In this document: positions 52,643 to 61,632 of the stretch, in pieces
Position numbering within the stretch: the first letter of the stretch is position 1
Layout of the letters: every line of letters begins with the position of its first letter
Source of the DNA: an uncultured Verrucomicrobiae bacterium
Lineage (GTDB): Bacteria; Verrucomicrobiota; Verrucomicrobiia; Limisphaerales; Palsa-1400
Assembly: GCA_963702845.1 (NCBI GenBank)
Contig: OY969763.1
Span: 1,824,001-1,888,000, forward strand
Length of the DNA stretch: 64,000 nucleotides
Direction of reading: 5' to 3'
Notes under the pieces: model-generated
Databases searched by the model: none
What the model was told of the DNA's origin: nothing
Seen by the model: only the letters and a program-made list of their open reading frames with translations
Position numbers and translations under genes: made by a program

Positions 52643-53605
52643 TTACGGATTGGCCAAACGGAAAAACAGGTTGTTGGTCGCCACCGGCACAGTGACCTGA
52701 TTATTCGTGCTGACCACGCCGACTGAATTAGTCGTGTTCACCCAATTGGTCGAACCAACGTCCGTATTTTGTTGCAGATGAAATCCGGCGAACGATGTGG
52801 GCCACGCCAAAACCACGCTGTTCGTTCCATTTTGGATATTCAAAGAGGGCTTAGGAGCTGTGGGCGTGAAAGCGATCCCATCAATGTTCGCGACGGACGC
52901 ACCGATATCCGTAACATTTCCGGCCGCATCAAAAATAACCAGGTGCGTCGGCGAGCCGAGATCCATTCCGTAGAGAGTATTACCATCAAACGCCATAGAA
53001 GCATATGAGGCATTAGGCCCCGCGGGTTTGACCGGATTGGTGATGTTGGAATACACGCCGGTCGTCGGAGCGAACGTTCCAAACTGTGTGTGGGTCGGAC
53101 TGCTAAAGAAAACTCCAGTAGGGCTGATCGCTATACCGCCTCCTTCCGTGAAGCTGACGCCGGAAGGTCCAACTTTCGTCGCTGTCCCAGTCGCGGTATT
53201 GATAGTGTAAAGATTCGCGCCGCCCGACGCGCTTATTCCGTAAAGATTACCACTCGGATCAAACGCGATATCGGCCATCGTGCCGGAAGTGCCATAAGAT
53301 CCGACTACGGTGACCAGAGCATTCGTCGGGTTAATCGTCAGCAGCAACGTGCCGGTTTTTCCACCGGTCGAACCATAGAGAACGCCGGTTGTCGGATGAA
53401 AAGCCAAGCCGGTAACCGCATAGTTTACGCTGCTGGAGTCGTTCAACGGGCCGACGTCCTGAACGGCGTTGCCCGTGGCTGCATCGATGATCCATAGTTC
53501 CCCCGCGCCGCCCGCCGAGGTGGATCCATAAAGTGTAGAAGCCTGGGAGTGAGTTTCAAACGCCCAAAGACAAAGCGCGGCCAGTAGCAGTGAGGAAGTT
53601 TTCAT
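52643..53605 (-). CDS. Secreted beta-propeller protein with C-terminal 'FFRL' domain
   Basis: Signal peptide; repeats GLAFHPTTGVLYG / DIAFDPSGNLYG; tail FHLQQNTDV..NW..FFRL; GGAG RBS. Confidence 0.8.
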   Translation of the reverse strand: MKTSSLLLAALCLWAFETHSQASTLYGSTSAGGAGELWIIDAATGNAVQDVGPLNDSSSVNYAVTGLAFHPTTGVLYGSTGGKTGTLLLTINPTNALVTVVGSYGTSGTMADIAFDPSGNLYGISASGGANLYTINTATGTATKVGPSGVSFTEGGGIAISPTGVFFSSPTHTQFGTFAPTTGVYSNITNPVKPAGPNASYASMAFDGNTLYGMDLGSPTHLVIFDAAGNVTDIGASVANIDGIAFTPTAPKPSLNIQNGTNSVVLAWPTSFAGFHLQQNTDVGSTNWVNTTNSVGVVSTNNQVTVPVATNNLFFRLANP

Positions 53606-54055
53606 AGGAGTTAGTTTTCAAGGAGTTTATTGTTGTATTCAAGATCGCGAACCCGATGGACCAAGAGTCAACCAGATTCAATTTCAAGTGACAAGGGCAG
53701 AAGTGTGGGCGCGAATATTGCTTTCAAGCCTGGATGGCAAACGGTGCGCTCGGTATGAGTGTCAATAGGTTGAAACTACCTCGCGCGCTCCGCTCTTAAC
53801 GCTTGGCGTTAACCCAAACGCACATCTTTTAGCTCGCTCTGTAGGTAACCAAAATGCAGATCATTTCGCAGAATGAAAACGGTTTGAAGGTGGGTTTGTT
53901 CGAATGACAGGCTATTTACCTATTACCGAGCAATTCTTAAGGTCAAGGCTAGGTGATCTGGCGTGGTGAGACGGGACCGGCCATGCGGTGGAGAGTCGTT
54001 GCTTCAGGCATTAGTGAAGAGGAATTGTCACCGCATGAATTGCGACGTTGGTTTT

Positions 54056-54140
54056 AAGCCGTCCCTTCGGGACTTATTGGCCTGCGTCGTTTTTACCCGG
54101 CATTGAAATGCCGGGCTAGGTTCAGGTGCCCCTTCGGGGC
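54056..54140. repeat. REP-like palindrome cluster
   Basis: GTCCCTTCGGGAC, CCCGGCATTGAAATGCCGGG, GCCCCTTCGGGGC. Confidence 0.7.
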
Positions 54141-54171
54141 AAAGACCGGCAATTTTGTGTTGAAGGCAGAC

Positions 54172-54239
54172 GGAGGCTCTAACTGTTGGCGGGCTTGTTT
54201 CGCGGAGAAAATTAGAGCCTCCTCACGTCGGCTGCCACA
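54172..54239. repeat. REP-like inverted repeat overlapping the recombinase stop codon
   Basis: GGAGGCTCTAA (54172-54182) / TTAGAGCCTCC (54212-54222) continuing TCACGTCGGCTGCCACA. Confidence 0.7.
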
Positions 54240-55716
54240 ACCGCTGTTGGTTTTTTGTCACTTCTATAGAAGTAGGTAGATACGTGAAGGTTATGTCAAT
54301 TTCTTTGTCGCCTAGGGTGATCTTTTCAACGAGCGATTCGGCGATCTTGCGCTTGTCGTCGGTCGGAAGCGATGGCCATCGAGAGTAGAGGGCAGTCGCT
54401 TCGTGTAAGAGTTCGTCAGTGGAAAGCTGGTTCACTTTGTTGAAATCGACTTCGGCCTGGAGCTTCAGGAGTCCGGCGTTGAGCTGGTTCAGGCGTTCTT
54501 CGGCCGGTTTATAGAATTGGGCAAAGCCTTGTGATGTGACGGAGCCGTCAAGATACAGGCGGTGCGTACGGGTCATGTCGTCGCGAACCTTCTGGATTTC
54601 GCGCTGATGGGCGGCAAGGAGCGCTTCTTTCTCAGCCAAGGCCTTGTTTGCGTTATCGAGGTGCATGGCGATGCGTTGCGGCTGCGCAAAGAACGCTTTC
54701 ATTTCGTGTTGAAAAATGTCGTCCAAATCGGTGATGGGAATTTTGTTGTGGCACTTTGCGCAGACGTATTTGGGCGAATTGGAGCGGACATACATTTTGT
54801 GACCGCATGAGCAATGGGCGAGGTTGCCAAAGATTTGGACGGGAAGCCTTCCTGGGCGTTTGTATCCTTTATTTTGTTCTTCAATGATCTGGTTTACCTG
54901 AGTCCAAAGGCTCTCCGGCACGATGGGTTCGCATTCGATCTTGCCCCATTCGCTCTCGGGCTTCACGGCAAAGCGCCAGTCGCCGTTCTTCTTGGTGCGG
55001 TTGAAGAAATATATACCTTTGGCGCTGCTTTCGACTAACGAGCGAATGACTTGGGTGTCACGCCACGGTTTGCCTTCGCGGGTGCGGTATCCAGCGGCGT
55101 TTAGAAGTTTGGCAACGGTGCCTTTGCGGCGATGCTCCAAATAGAGTTCGTATGCTTTGCGACGGATGGGCGCTTCTTCGGGATGCGGAATGAGCTTCTT
55201 GTCCTTGAACTGGTAGCCATATGGTGCGCGTCCATTGATGGACTTACCCATTTTGGCGCGGATTGAGACTGAGGCATTCACACGCTCCACTATTTCCTCA
55301 CGCTCCCATTGGGCGAATACGGCGAGCAGATGAAAGAACATGCGGCCTCCGGCGGTGCTGGTGTCCACGGATTCGGTTAACGATACGAGATCAGCATTGT
55401 GCTTCTTAAAGAAATCGCTGAAATCCTGCACCTCGCGGATATTGCGGGACAGACGGGCGAGCTTTGAAAAAACGAGCGCGTTAATGTGGCCGCGCTGAAC
55501 ATCCTTCATCATCCGCTGCGCTTCGGGGTGCTGCATCACGGCTTTTCCGCTCTGGCCGGCAAGGTCGTATGTCTCCTTCACCGTCCAGCCTCGGGCCTGG
55601 GCGTATGCTTTGGCGCGTTCAAGATGGTGCTGCGGGCTGTCGCCGTTTTTCTGATCTTCGGTGGAGACGCGAATCCAGATGCCGACTGATTTTGGCTCTT
55701 CAAAAGTAGGCTTCAT
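54223..55716 (-). CDS. Large serine recombinase (integrase)
   Basis: WIRVSTEDQ (catalytic Ser), SKLARLSRN, AQWERE, APYGY, Zn ribbon CSCG..CAKC, coiled coil. Confidence 0.95.
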   Translation of the reverse strand: MKPTFEEPKSVGIWIRVSTEDQKNGDSPQHHLERAKAYAQARGWTVKETYDLAGQSGKAVMQHPEAQRMMKDVQRGHINALVFSKLARLSRNIREVQDFSDFFKKHNADLVSLTESVDTSTAGGRMFFHLLAVFAQWEREEIVERVNASVSIRAKMGKSINGRAPYGYQFKDKKLIPHPEEAPIRRKAYELYLEHRRKGTVAKLLNAAGYRTREGKPWRDTQVIRSLVESSAKGIYFFNRTKKNGDWRFAVKPESEWGKIECEPIVPESLWTQVNQIIEEQNKGYKRPGRLPVQIFGNLAHCSCGHKMYVRSNSPKYVCAKCHNKIPITDLDDIFQHEMKAFFAQPQRIAMHLDNANKALAEKEALLAAHQREIQKVRDDMTRTHRLYLDGSVTSQGFAQFYKPAEERLNQLNAGLLKLQAEVDFNKVNQLSTDELLHEATALYSRWPSLPTDDKRKIAESLVEKITLGDKEIDITFTYLPTSIEVTKNQQRLWQPT

Positions 55717-55803
55717 AACGACGGAGAGTGTAAGTGAAACACAAACATAAATTCAAGAAAAACCGTAAGCGACTTACTAACATTTTCTGTTACGTTGTGG
55801 ACA

Positions 55804-56040
55804 ATGACGAAGAAAAAACTCTTGGACGAATCTGGCTTGGCACAACTCGCAAAAGAGTTCCGTAAGGCTGCGGGTAAAACGAAAGTTGCCGCTGCAAAGG
55901 AATTGGGAGTCCAACATCCAGCGATTTTCCACGCCGAGGAAAGCCCGAACCAAAGCATGCTCAAGCTTCGCATCCGCATCATCGAAGCGTATTCGCCGTA
56001 TAAGGTCATCGGGCCGGTGTTCTTTCTTAAAAAGAAATGA
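55804..56040 (+). CDS. Small HTH protein divergent from the recombinase
   Basis: AKEFRKAAGKTKVAAAKELGVQHPAIFHAE (XRE-like). Confidence 0.8.
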   Translation: MTKKKLLDESGLAQLAKEFRKAAGKTKVAAAKELGVQHPAIFHAEESPNQSMLKLRIRIIEAYSPYKVIGPVFFLKKK

Positions 56041-56043
56041 AGA

Positions 56044-59000
56044 TTACTTTTTCTTTCGCATTGTTTCGGTAAGCAGCGCAAATGCGGCTGCTTCACGCGC
56101 CTTCACTTCTTCGTCCGTGAGGGTCACCACGCTACGCTTCACTTTGTATTTACCGATTTGTGATTCATTGCTCGCTGGCTTCGTTGAACTGGATTCTTGG
56201 GTTGCGATGGTTCGCAGATGCGACAGAAAGGCTTCGGGAACATAAAATCCAACACTCGTCATTTCTGATTCCGGCACGCACGAGCGCACGGCAGTTTCGA
56301 TCTTTTGCAACCGGTCGGTGCCTGGTGAAATCACCGCCACATGTTTGAAACCGGCTTTTAAGCACTTAGCGACGTTGCCGACTTCGTGATCGACTGTCGT
56401 GGTGATGGCGATCTCACACGCAATCGAGGACTCTGGCTTTTCAAGGACGACATCTACTTTTCCTCCCGAACCCGTGGCATGTTCCCGCGAGGTCGTGTAT
56501 CCAAGGAGACGCGCTGCTTCTTCAATTCGTTCGCGTATGAGATTGTGCTGGTGTCCTCCAATGCCTTTGTCCTCGCGCTCTATCTGGAGCGGAACTGCGG
56601 CAACCTGTGCTACAGGTTTCGTTTCCGTATCCGCTGGTTTCGGCTGCGATTCTTTGACTGGCGGCTGTGGTATTGCGGCTGGCTGACTTGGCGTCGGTTC
56701 TAAAATCTCGGCAGCCTTCGCGACTATGGGCGTCACGGGCTCAATTTCAGTTGCTTCGTGAGACGCGAGAGGCTTGCGACTGACTGTTGCCTCAGCTTTG
56801 GAAAATTTAGGTTTGGATGGCTCGACATTCCAGGCTTGGCGTAGCATGGCTTCCACTTCCGCCCGTGGTGTTCCATATTTTTTTCTCGAACCAGTAATAA
56901 CGTCTTGTCGTCGGGCGGCTGCATCCGTTTCGTCAACCTGATCGGGAAGAATGACGCTCAAATTAAAATCAAAGCTGCTGCGCTGGACACGAGCAATGGC
57001 ATGGCCTGTTTCAAGGTTCTTGAGGTCATTGGCCTCAAAGGATGAAAAACCTTCGGCTAGCTTTCGCGCATCATCGTCACTCACGCGAAACACAATGCGG
57101 GTGAATGGATGAGTCATAACTGCGCTGGCCACGTCGGGACTGCGCTGCAACTGGTGAAGCTCGTGATGGGCGAGTGTTAGTCCAATTCGGTATTTGCGTG
57201 CGCCAGAGAGTATTTCTGCCATGGAAGGGGTGATAAAATTTGCGAATTCATCCGCATATATCCAGTAGTCGCGCCTCGCCGCAATGTTTTTGGCCTGACG
57301 CGCCATGGCAAGCTGATGGAATTTGGAAATGAGCAATGTGCCTAACAGATACGAGTTTTCTCGGCCCAGCAAACCTTCCGGCAATTTCGCCAAAAAGATT
57401 TTTCTCGAATCCATGATGTCGCCGAAATCTAAGCGGTTGGTGGACTGTGAAACCATGTATGCAATCGGCTTCTGTGCGAGAAACATTTCCAGTCGCGTGA
57501 GGACCGGACCGATGGATTTGTTACCGGAGAGATGCGAAAAGCCTTTGTGCCAATAGTAGAGCACGTTCGGATCGGAAACGGATTTAAGGAATTCTGCTCG
57601 AAACGCTGGCTCGATTAAGAAACGGCGTAAGTCGGCAAGCGTTCCGCGCCGGTCACTGTTGAGGAAAGCGAGAATAGCGTTTTGAAGGACGCTCTGCATC
57701 TGATCGCCCCATGACGTGGAGAGACGTTGAAAAACAGATACGAGGTCAGATGCAAGGAGCGTCTTTTCGTGCTCGCTGTGCGCCGAAAGAATATTGAACC
57801 CGATTGAGTATTCTTCGTCTGATGGGTCAACGAGAACGACGTCTTCAATGCGCTCCAGTGGAATGACTCCCAAAATTCGATCGATCAAATCGCCGTGCGG
57901 GTCCAGCACCGCTACACCCGCTCCGTTTTCAACGTCCTGCTTGATGAGATTGAACAGGAGCGTGGATTTGCCGGTGCCGGTAGCTCCTATGATGTGGGTA
58001 TGATATACGCGCTGCTCCGGCGTGAGCTGGACGGAAACGCTATTTCCCAAGTGTTCGTTATTGCCAAGCAGAAGACCTGTCGCATTGCGCACGATGTCAG
58101 GCGCAATTTTGGTTCTGCCCGCATCGCGCTCCAAAGCGGCGGAACGAACTGCACTCGACGGCAAGTGAACAAATCCTATGAGTTCGTCACTCGTGAGGAG
58201 CATTCCTGCGCGACGCGATTGACGGCGCAAGACATCCTCTATGTGGTCGTAATACGGATAGTCGTCGTTTGCGAGGGGAATGAGTTCGTTGCCGTGCGGA
58301 TTGGCGAACACACGCAACGATGCCGCAAGCTCACGCGCAATATTCAACGAGGTCGTAAAATCATCGGTCTTAACCGCAATGCGAACGACTGCGGCATACA
58401 GCGGTCGCGAACCCTTGGCCTCTGCTGCGTGTGTGAGTTCCGGCCGGTTCACGAAATACGGCTTGCCGTCCGCGTGCGAGACCGAGGCGACGATGCTCTC
58501 CGGCCAATCTTCTTGCGTCACCTGAAACAGCACCTGAAACAGGGCAATCTCGTCTTGTTTCAATTCCGCAAGCGCGCCGACGATCCCGACGAACGGATCG
58601 ATCTTTCCGCTCAGAAGCGAGAACATGAATTCTCGCGCAAGGCCGAATTCGACGATAACAGCGTCTTCGCCCGCGCATTCATTCCATACGCGTTCCAGAG
58701 AGCTGTCGCGTTGCTGAAATGACGCGCCAGAGAAGTGCGCTTGTAACTGGCGGCGAACTGCCGAAGCGTCGTCTTCGCTCGTGACAAATTGGACGCTTAC
58801 ACGTCCGCTAATCCCCACGAGTTCAAATGCAATCGGTTCACGGCAGAGCGACAGGTTCTGTAGAAAATGCTCGAATGAATCCTTGCCGACGTTGAGATCG
58901 GCGGGAAGCGAGGTTTGGAATTCGACCAATGCATCGCGTGAAAGTGGCGTTGGTTCCGGCTCGTCCCGATTGTCCGTCTCGGTCGTGTGTGGCGGTGAGT

Positions 59001-59214
59001 CACTCGAAAGCTTCCGGCTCAACTTCTCGACGAATGAACTAAGAAACGTCGGCTTGCGTCCGTCGTCAACGACCGGCGCGGCAGGTAGGTAATGACCATT
59101 GAAAGGAGCAAACGGCGGCTCGGGATACACTGGCTCGCCATACACTTTCCATCCCCGTCCACGCTGTTCCCAGCGGTAGAATTGATCTGACAGTTGTTCG
59201 TGAATCCCTGGCAT
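56044..59214 (-). CDS. VirD4/TrwB/HerA-like ATPase with C-terminal PD-(D/E)XK-like domain
   Basis: HTHIIGATGTGKS (Walker A), LDPHGDL, YADEFANF (Walker B), ARKYRIGLTLAH; tail KVDVVLE..IACEI. Confidence 0.85.
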   Translation of the reverse strand: MPGIHEQLSDQFYRWEQRGRGWKVYGEPVYPEPPFAPFNGHYLPAAPVVDDGRKPTFLSSFVEKLSRKLSSDSPPHTTETDNRDEPEPTPLSRDALVEFQTSLPADLNVGKDSFEHFLQNLSLCREPIAFELVGISGRVSVQFVTSEDDASAVRRQLQAHFSGASFQQRDSSLERVWNECAGEDAVIVEFGLAREFMFSLLSGKIDPFVGIVGALAELKQDEIALFQVLFQVTQEDWPESIVASVSHADGKPYFVNRPELTHAAEAKGSRPLYAAVVRIAVKTDDFTTSLNIARELAASLRVFANPHGNELIPLANDDYPYYDHIEDVLRRQSRRAGMLLTSDELIGFVHLPSSAVRSAALERDAGRTKIAPDIVRNATGLLLGNNEHLGNSVSVQLTPEQRVYHTHIIGATGTGKSTLLFNLIKQDVENGAGVAVLDPHGDLIDRILGVIPLERIEDVVLVDPSDEEYSIGFNILSAHSEHEKTLLASDLVSVFQRLSTSWGDQMQSVLQNAILAFLNSDRRGTLADLRRFLIEPAFRAEFLKSVSDPNVLYYWHKGFSHLSGNKSIGPVLTRLEMFLAQKPIAYMVSQSTNRLDFGDIMDSRKIFLAKLPEGLLGRENSYLLGTLLISKFHQLAMARQAKNIAARRDYWIYADEFANFITPSMAEILSGARKYRIGLTLAHHELHQLQRSPDVASAVMTHPFTRIVFRVSDDDARKLAEGFSSFEANDLKNLETGHAIARVQRSSFDFNLSVILPDQVDETDAAARRQDVITGSRKKYGTPRAEVEAMLRQAWNVEPSKPKFSKAEATVSRKPLASHEATEIEPVTPIVAKAAEILEPTPSQPAAIPQPPVKESQPKPADTETKPVAQVAAVPLQIEREDKGIGGHQHNLIRERIEEAARLLGYTTSREHATGSGGKVDVVLEKPESSIACEIAITTTVDHEVGNVAKCLKAGFKHVAVISPGTDRLQKIETAVRSCVPESEMTSVGFYVPEAFLSHLRTIATQESSSTKPASNESQIGKYKVKRSVVTLTDEEVKAREAAAFALLTETMRKKK

Positions 59215-59220
59215 AACGCG

Positions 59221-59931
59221 CTATGACTGTGGTGGGGCCGGCGGCTCCTGCGGTCTTACGGGCTTGTATAGTTCGCCGAGGATCGGCGCGAGTTCATATT
59301 GGCGGACGAGTTTGACGCCTTTTTGTCCCGTCACGTCTTCGGCCAGCTTTTTTACAATGTTCGAAACGGTATCCAAGTAGATGAGACGGGTATCAACGCG
59401 GTAGTATGTCTCTTTCCTGAACCACGCTTCATAGATCGCACCGAAAAGGGGTGACTGGATGAGCGCCGTGTCCAAGTCGCGCAATCCCATTGCGACCGCA
59501 TTGCGCAGGACATAGCAGGCACCGAGCAAGAGCGCCATAAGCACGATTGGTCCTAGAAACACTCCGACAAAACGCATCGACAGATACAGCACGATGAGCA
59601 ATCCAACGATCATGATGAGAAGTTGTGTTAGATGAACCACCACGGGAATCTGAGCCATGCGGCACGAGAAAAATGATCCGTTCCCGAATTGAGCAGCACA
59701 GATGTCGAATACAAGGCGCTCGCGAATCATGCGCAGATACGTGCGCTTGTGCGACAGTGCGCCGCCTTCGGCAAATTCTACACGGGTCATTTCAAGACCT
59801 GGCAAACACCGCTCCTTAACCGCAAGTTCGATGTCTTTGTAGAATTCTGTCGGCTGGCATTGGAAATTCTCCGCTGCCGCTATCCAGTGATTGAGGACTT
59901 CGGCCTCGCGCTTTCTGAACGATGAAAACAT
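59221..59931 (-). CDS. Hypothetical membrane protein (two TM helices)
   Basis: GGAGG RBS; hydrophobic hairpin; ends 6 bp upstream of the ATPase. Confidence 0.8.
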   Translation of the reverse strand: MFSSFRKREAEVLNHWIAAAENFQCQPTEFYKDIELAVKERCLPGLEMTRVEFAEGGALSHKRTYLRMIRERLVFDICAAQFGNGSFFSCRMAQIPVVVHLTQLLIMIVGLLIVLYLSMRFVGVFLGPIVLMALLLGACYVLRNAVAMGLRDLDTALIQSPLFGAIYEAWFRKETYYRVDTRLIYLDTVSNIVKKLAEDVTGQKGVKLVRQYELAPILGELYKPVRPQEPPAPPQS

Positions 59932-59946
59932 GCGCCCTTCCTCCCA

Positions 59947-60381
59947 TTATTTTCTGGCGGCGATGCCGAGAATCGCGGCGGCAATAAGTCCAATCCAAGC
60001 TCCAGCGGCCAACCCCTGAAGGATGTTGTGTTCCTGGCTATACCCGTATGCCAAAATGACGAACGGAATCGCAGCGCATAGCTGACCGGCGATTTTGTAG
60101 TTCTTGCCCAAACCCGCGCCGCATGAGATTACCGCGAAGACAGGCATCGTCCAGAGCATGATCGCGTTGCCGCCTTCTTTGGTGAAATCGAATCCTGATG
60201 GGTGAGCCCAGAGGACATTGACCCAGGGAAGGAAAAATGAAACTCCGACAACCAATGAGAAAATGATGATAATGTGAGAACGCTGAAATGATACGTTCCG
60301 CGATGATGCCGTTGGTTCGATGATAGTTTCGGTTTTGTGAGGTGTGGTTTGTGCCGGTTCGAAGCTTTGCGTATCTGCCAT
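59947..60381 (-). CDS. Hypothetical membrane protein (~4 TM)
   Basis: FFLPWV motif and several hydrophobic segments; co-oriented with the next two genes. Confidence 0.7.
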   Translation of the reverse strand: MADTQSFEPAQTTPHKTETIIEPTASSRNVSFQRSHIIIIFSLVVGVSFFLPWVNVLWAHPSGFDFTKEGGNAIMLWTMPVFAVISCGAGLGKNYKIAGQLCAAIPFVILAYGYSQEHNILQGLAAGAWIGLIAAAILGIAARK

Positions 60382-60637
60382 ATAATGCCTGTCCACTTGG
60401 TTGATGCCATGCGCTGGCCGCGCGAGCCGTTGGGTGAATGGCCGCTACAATAGCTTTCGATGCTTCCACGTCAATCCTAATTAGTTGACACAATAAGCCT
60501 CTCTCGAAAAGAGAACCTGGCAACCACATTTTTTGCCGCTGCACTCGCCATGTTATGACTGATTCCATTCTTTCAAAGAGTGTATAAAAAAGCTTTTAGT
60601 TGGCTTGTGCGTCAGTAATTCTCCGCTTGTCACCGGA

Positions 60638-61100
60638 ATGAGCAAACGAGCTTTCATCAAAGATCCGCTGTGGGGCAATGTTGAATTTTGTTCATGGGAG
60701 ATATGTCTGACGGACCATTTCATCTTTAACCGTTTCGCAAATATTTATCCGAAACTCAAACGCATTCAAAGAATACTCTCGGTTTCTCCACGCAATTGGT
60801 GTCGTGCATATCACAACACAATTGTTTAGTAGTTCACTACGTAACGCTTACGGAGACGAGTTGAAGAAGTTGCACAAAGAGGAAAAGACCTTCAACTGGA
60901 GCTTTCAAAGAATGAGAATCGGTACTCCCGGAAGGTGAATAAGTGTGATAGCTGGCGGTGCCATATCAGAAGAGGAGAACAGGCCTAAAATTCCGAACCA
61001 AGTGTTATCCGCCTCGTAAAAGCCGTCGAGGGGCGTTTTTTTCATATCGTCCCATGAACAGACCACTGAAAGAAATAGGGCGAGCAATAGGAATCCAACC
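60638..61100 (+). pseudogene. Decayed HD-domain dNTP triphosphohydrolase-like gene (end approximate)
   Basis: MSKRAFIKDPLWGNVEF...FNR, then in a shifted frame SRFLHAIGVVHITTQLF (cf. xRFxHSxGVxH); stops follow. Confidence 0.55.
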
Positions 61101-61140
61101 TCAGTGTTAATCAGCACGAAATGCATTAGGTTAAACCTAA

Positions 61141-61629
61141 TTAAACCAACGCAGAATTCACCGAACCCACAATCATTTGTTTCTGATTACCGTAGCAAGC
61201 GTCGCGTCGCATACGAATGTGCTCAATACCTGCGTCCAAAAACACATTTCCTTCCTCAGAGAAACCAAGTTTTTTATAGAAACCCACAACAAAAACTTGT
61301 GAATTGAGGTAAACTGTTTCCACTTTGATTTCAACAGCATAACTTAGAGCCTTTTCGATTAATCGTCGACCAACGCCTCTTCCGCGTCGTTCTTTGCTTA
61401 CAGCCACACGCCCGATTTTCATTGCCCCATCTCTTGTTACCATTCGAAGAGTACCAACAATGTCTGATTCTTCCCAAGCAACAAGATGGGGCGAAATCCA
61501 ATCGAAATGGTCGATCTCCTCATGCATCGGCACCCCTAGCTCGACAACGAACACCCTATAGCGTAAGGCCAAAACACCGTCCATTGAAGCGGTGCTGCCT
61601 TCTATCATTTCAATGCGTTCGACATTCAT
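61141..61629 (-). CDS. GNAT N-acetyltransferase (ElaA/YjcF-like)
   Basis: LRYRVFVVE, KIGRVAV..RGRGVG, FYKKLGF, FLDAGIEHIRM. Confidence 0.9.
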   Translation of the reverse strand: MNVERIEMIEGSTASMDGVLALRYRVFVVELGVPMHEEIDHFDWISPHLVAWEESDIVGTLRMVTRDGAMKIGRVAVSKERRGRGVGRRLIEKALSYAVEIKVETVYLNSQVFVVGFYKKLGFSEEGNVFLDAGIEHIRMRRDACYGNQKQMIVGSVNSALV

Positions 61630-61632
61630 GAT

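Noticed and set aside
53700..53820. Possible attC site (..GCTTGGCGTTAAC)
   Set aside because: No matching inverse core or palindromic arms found.
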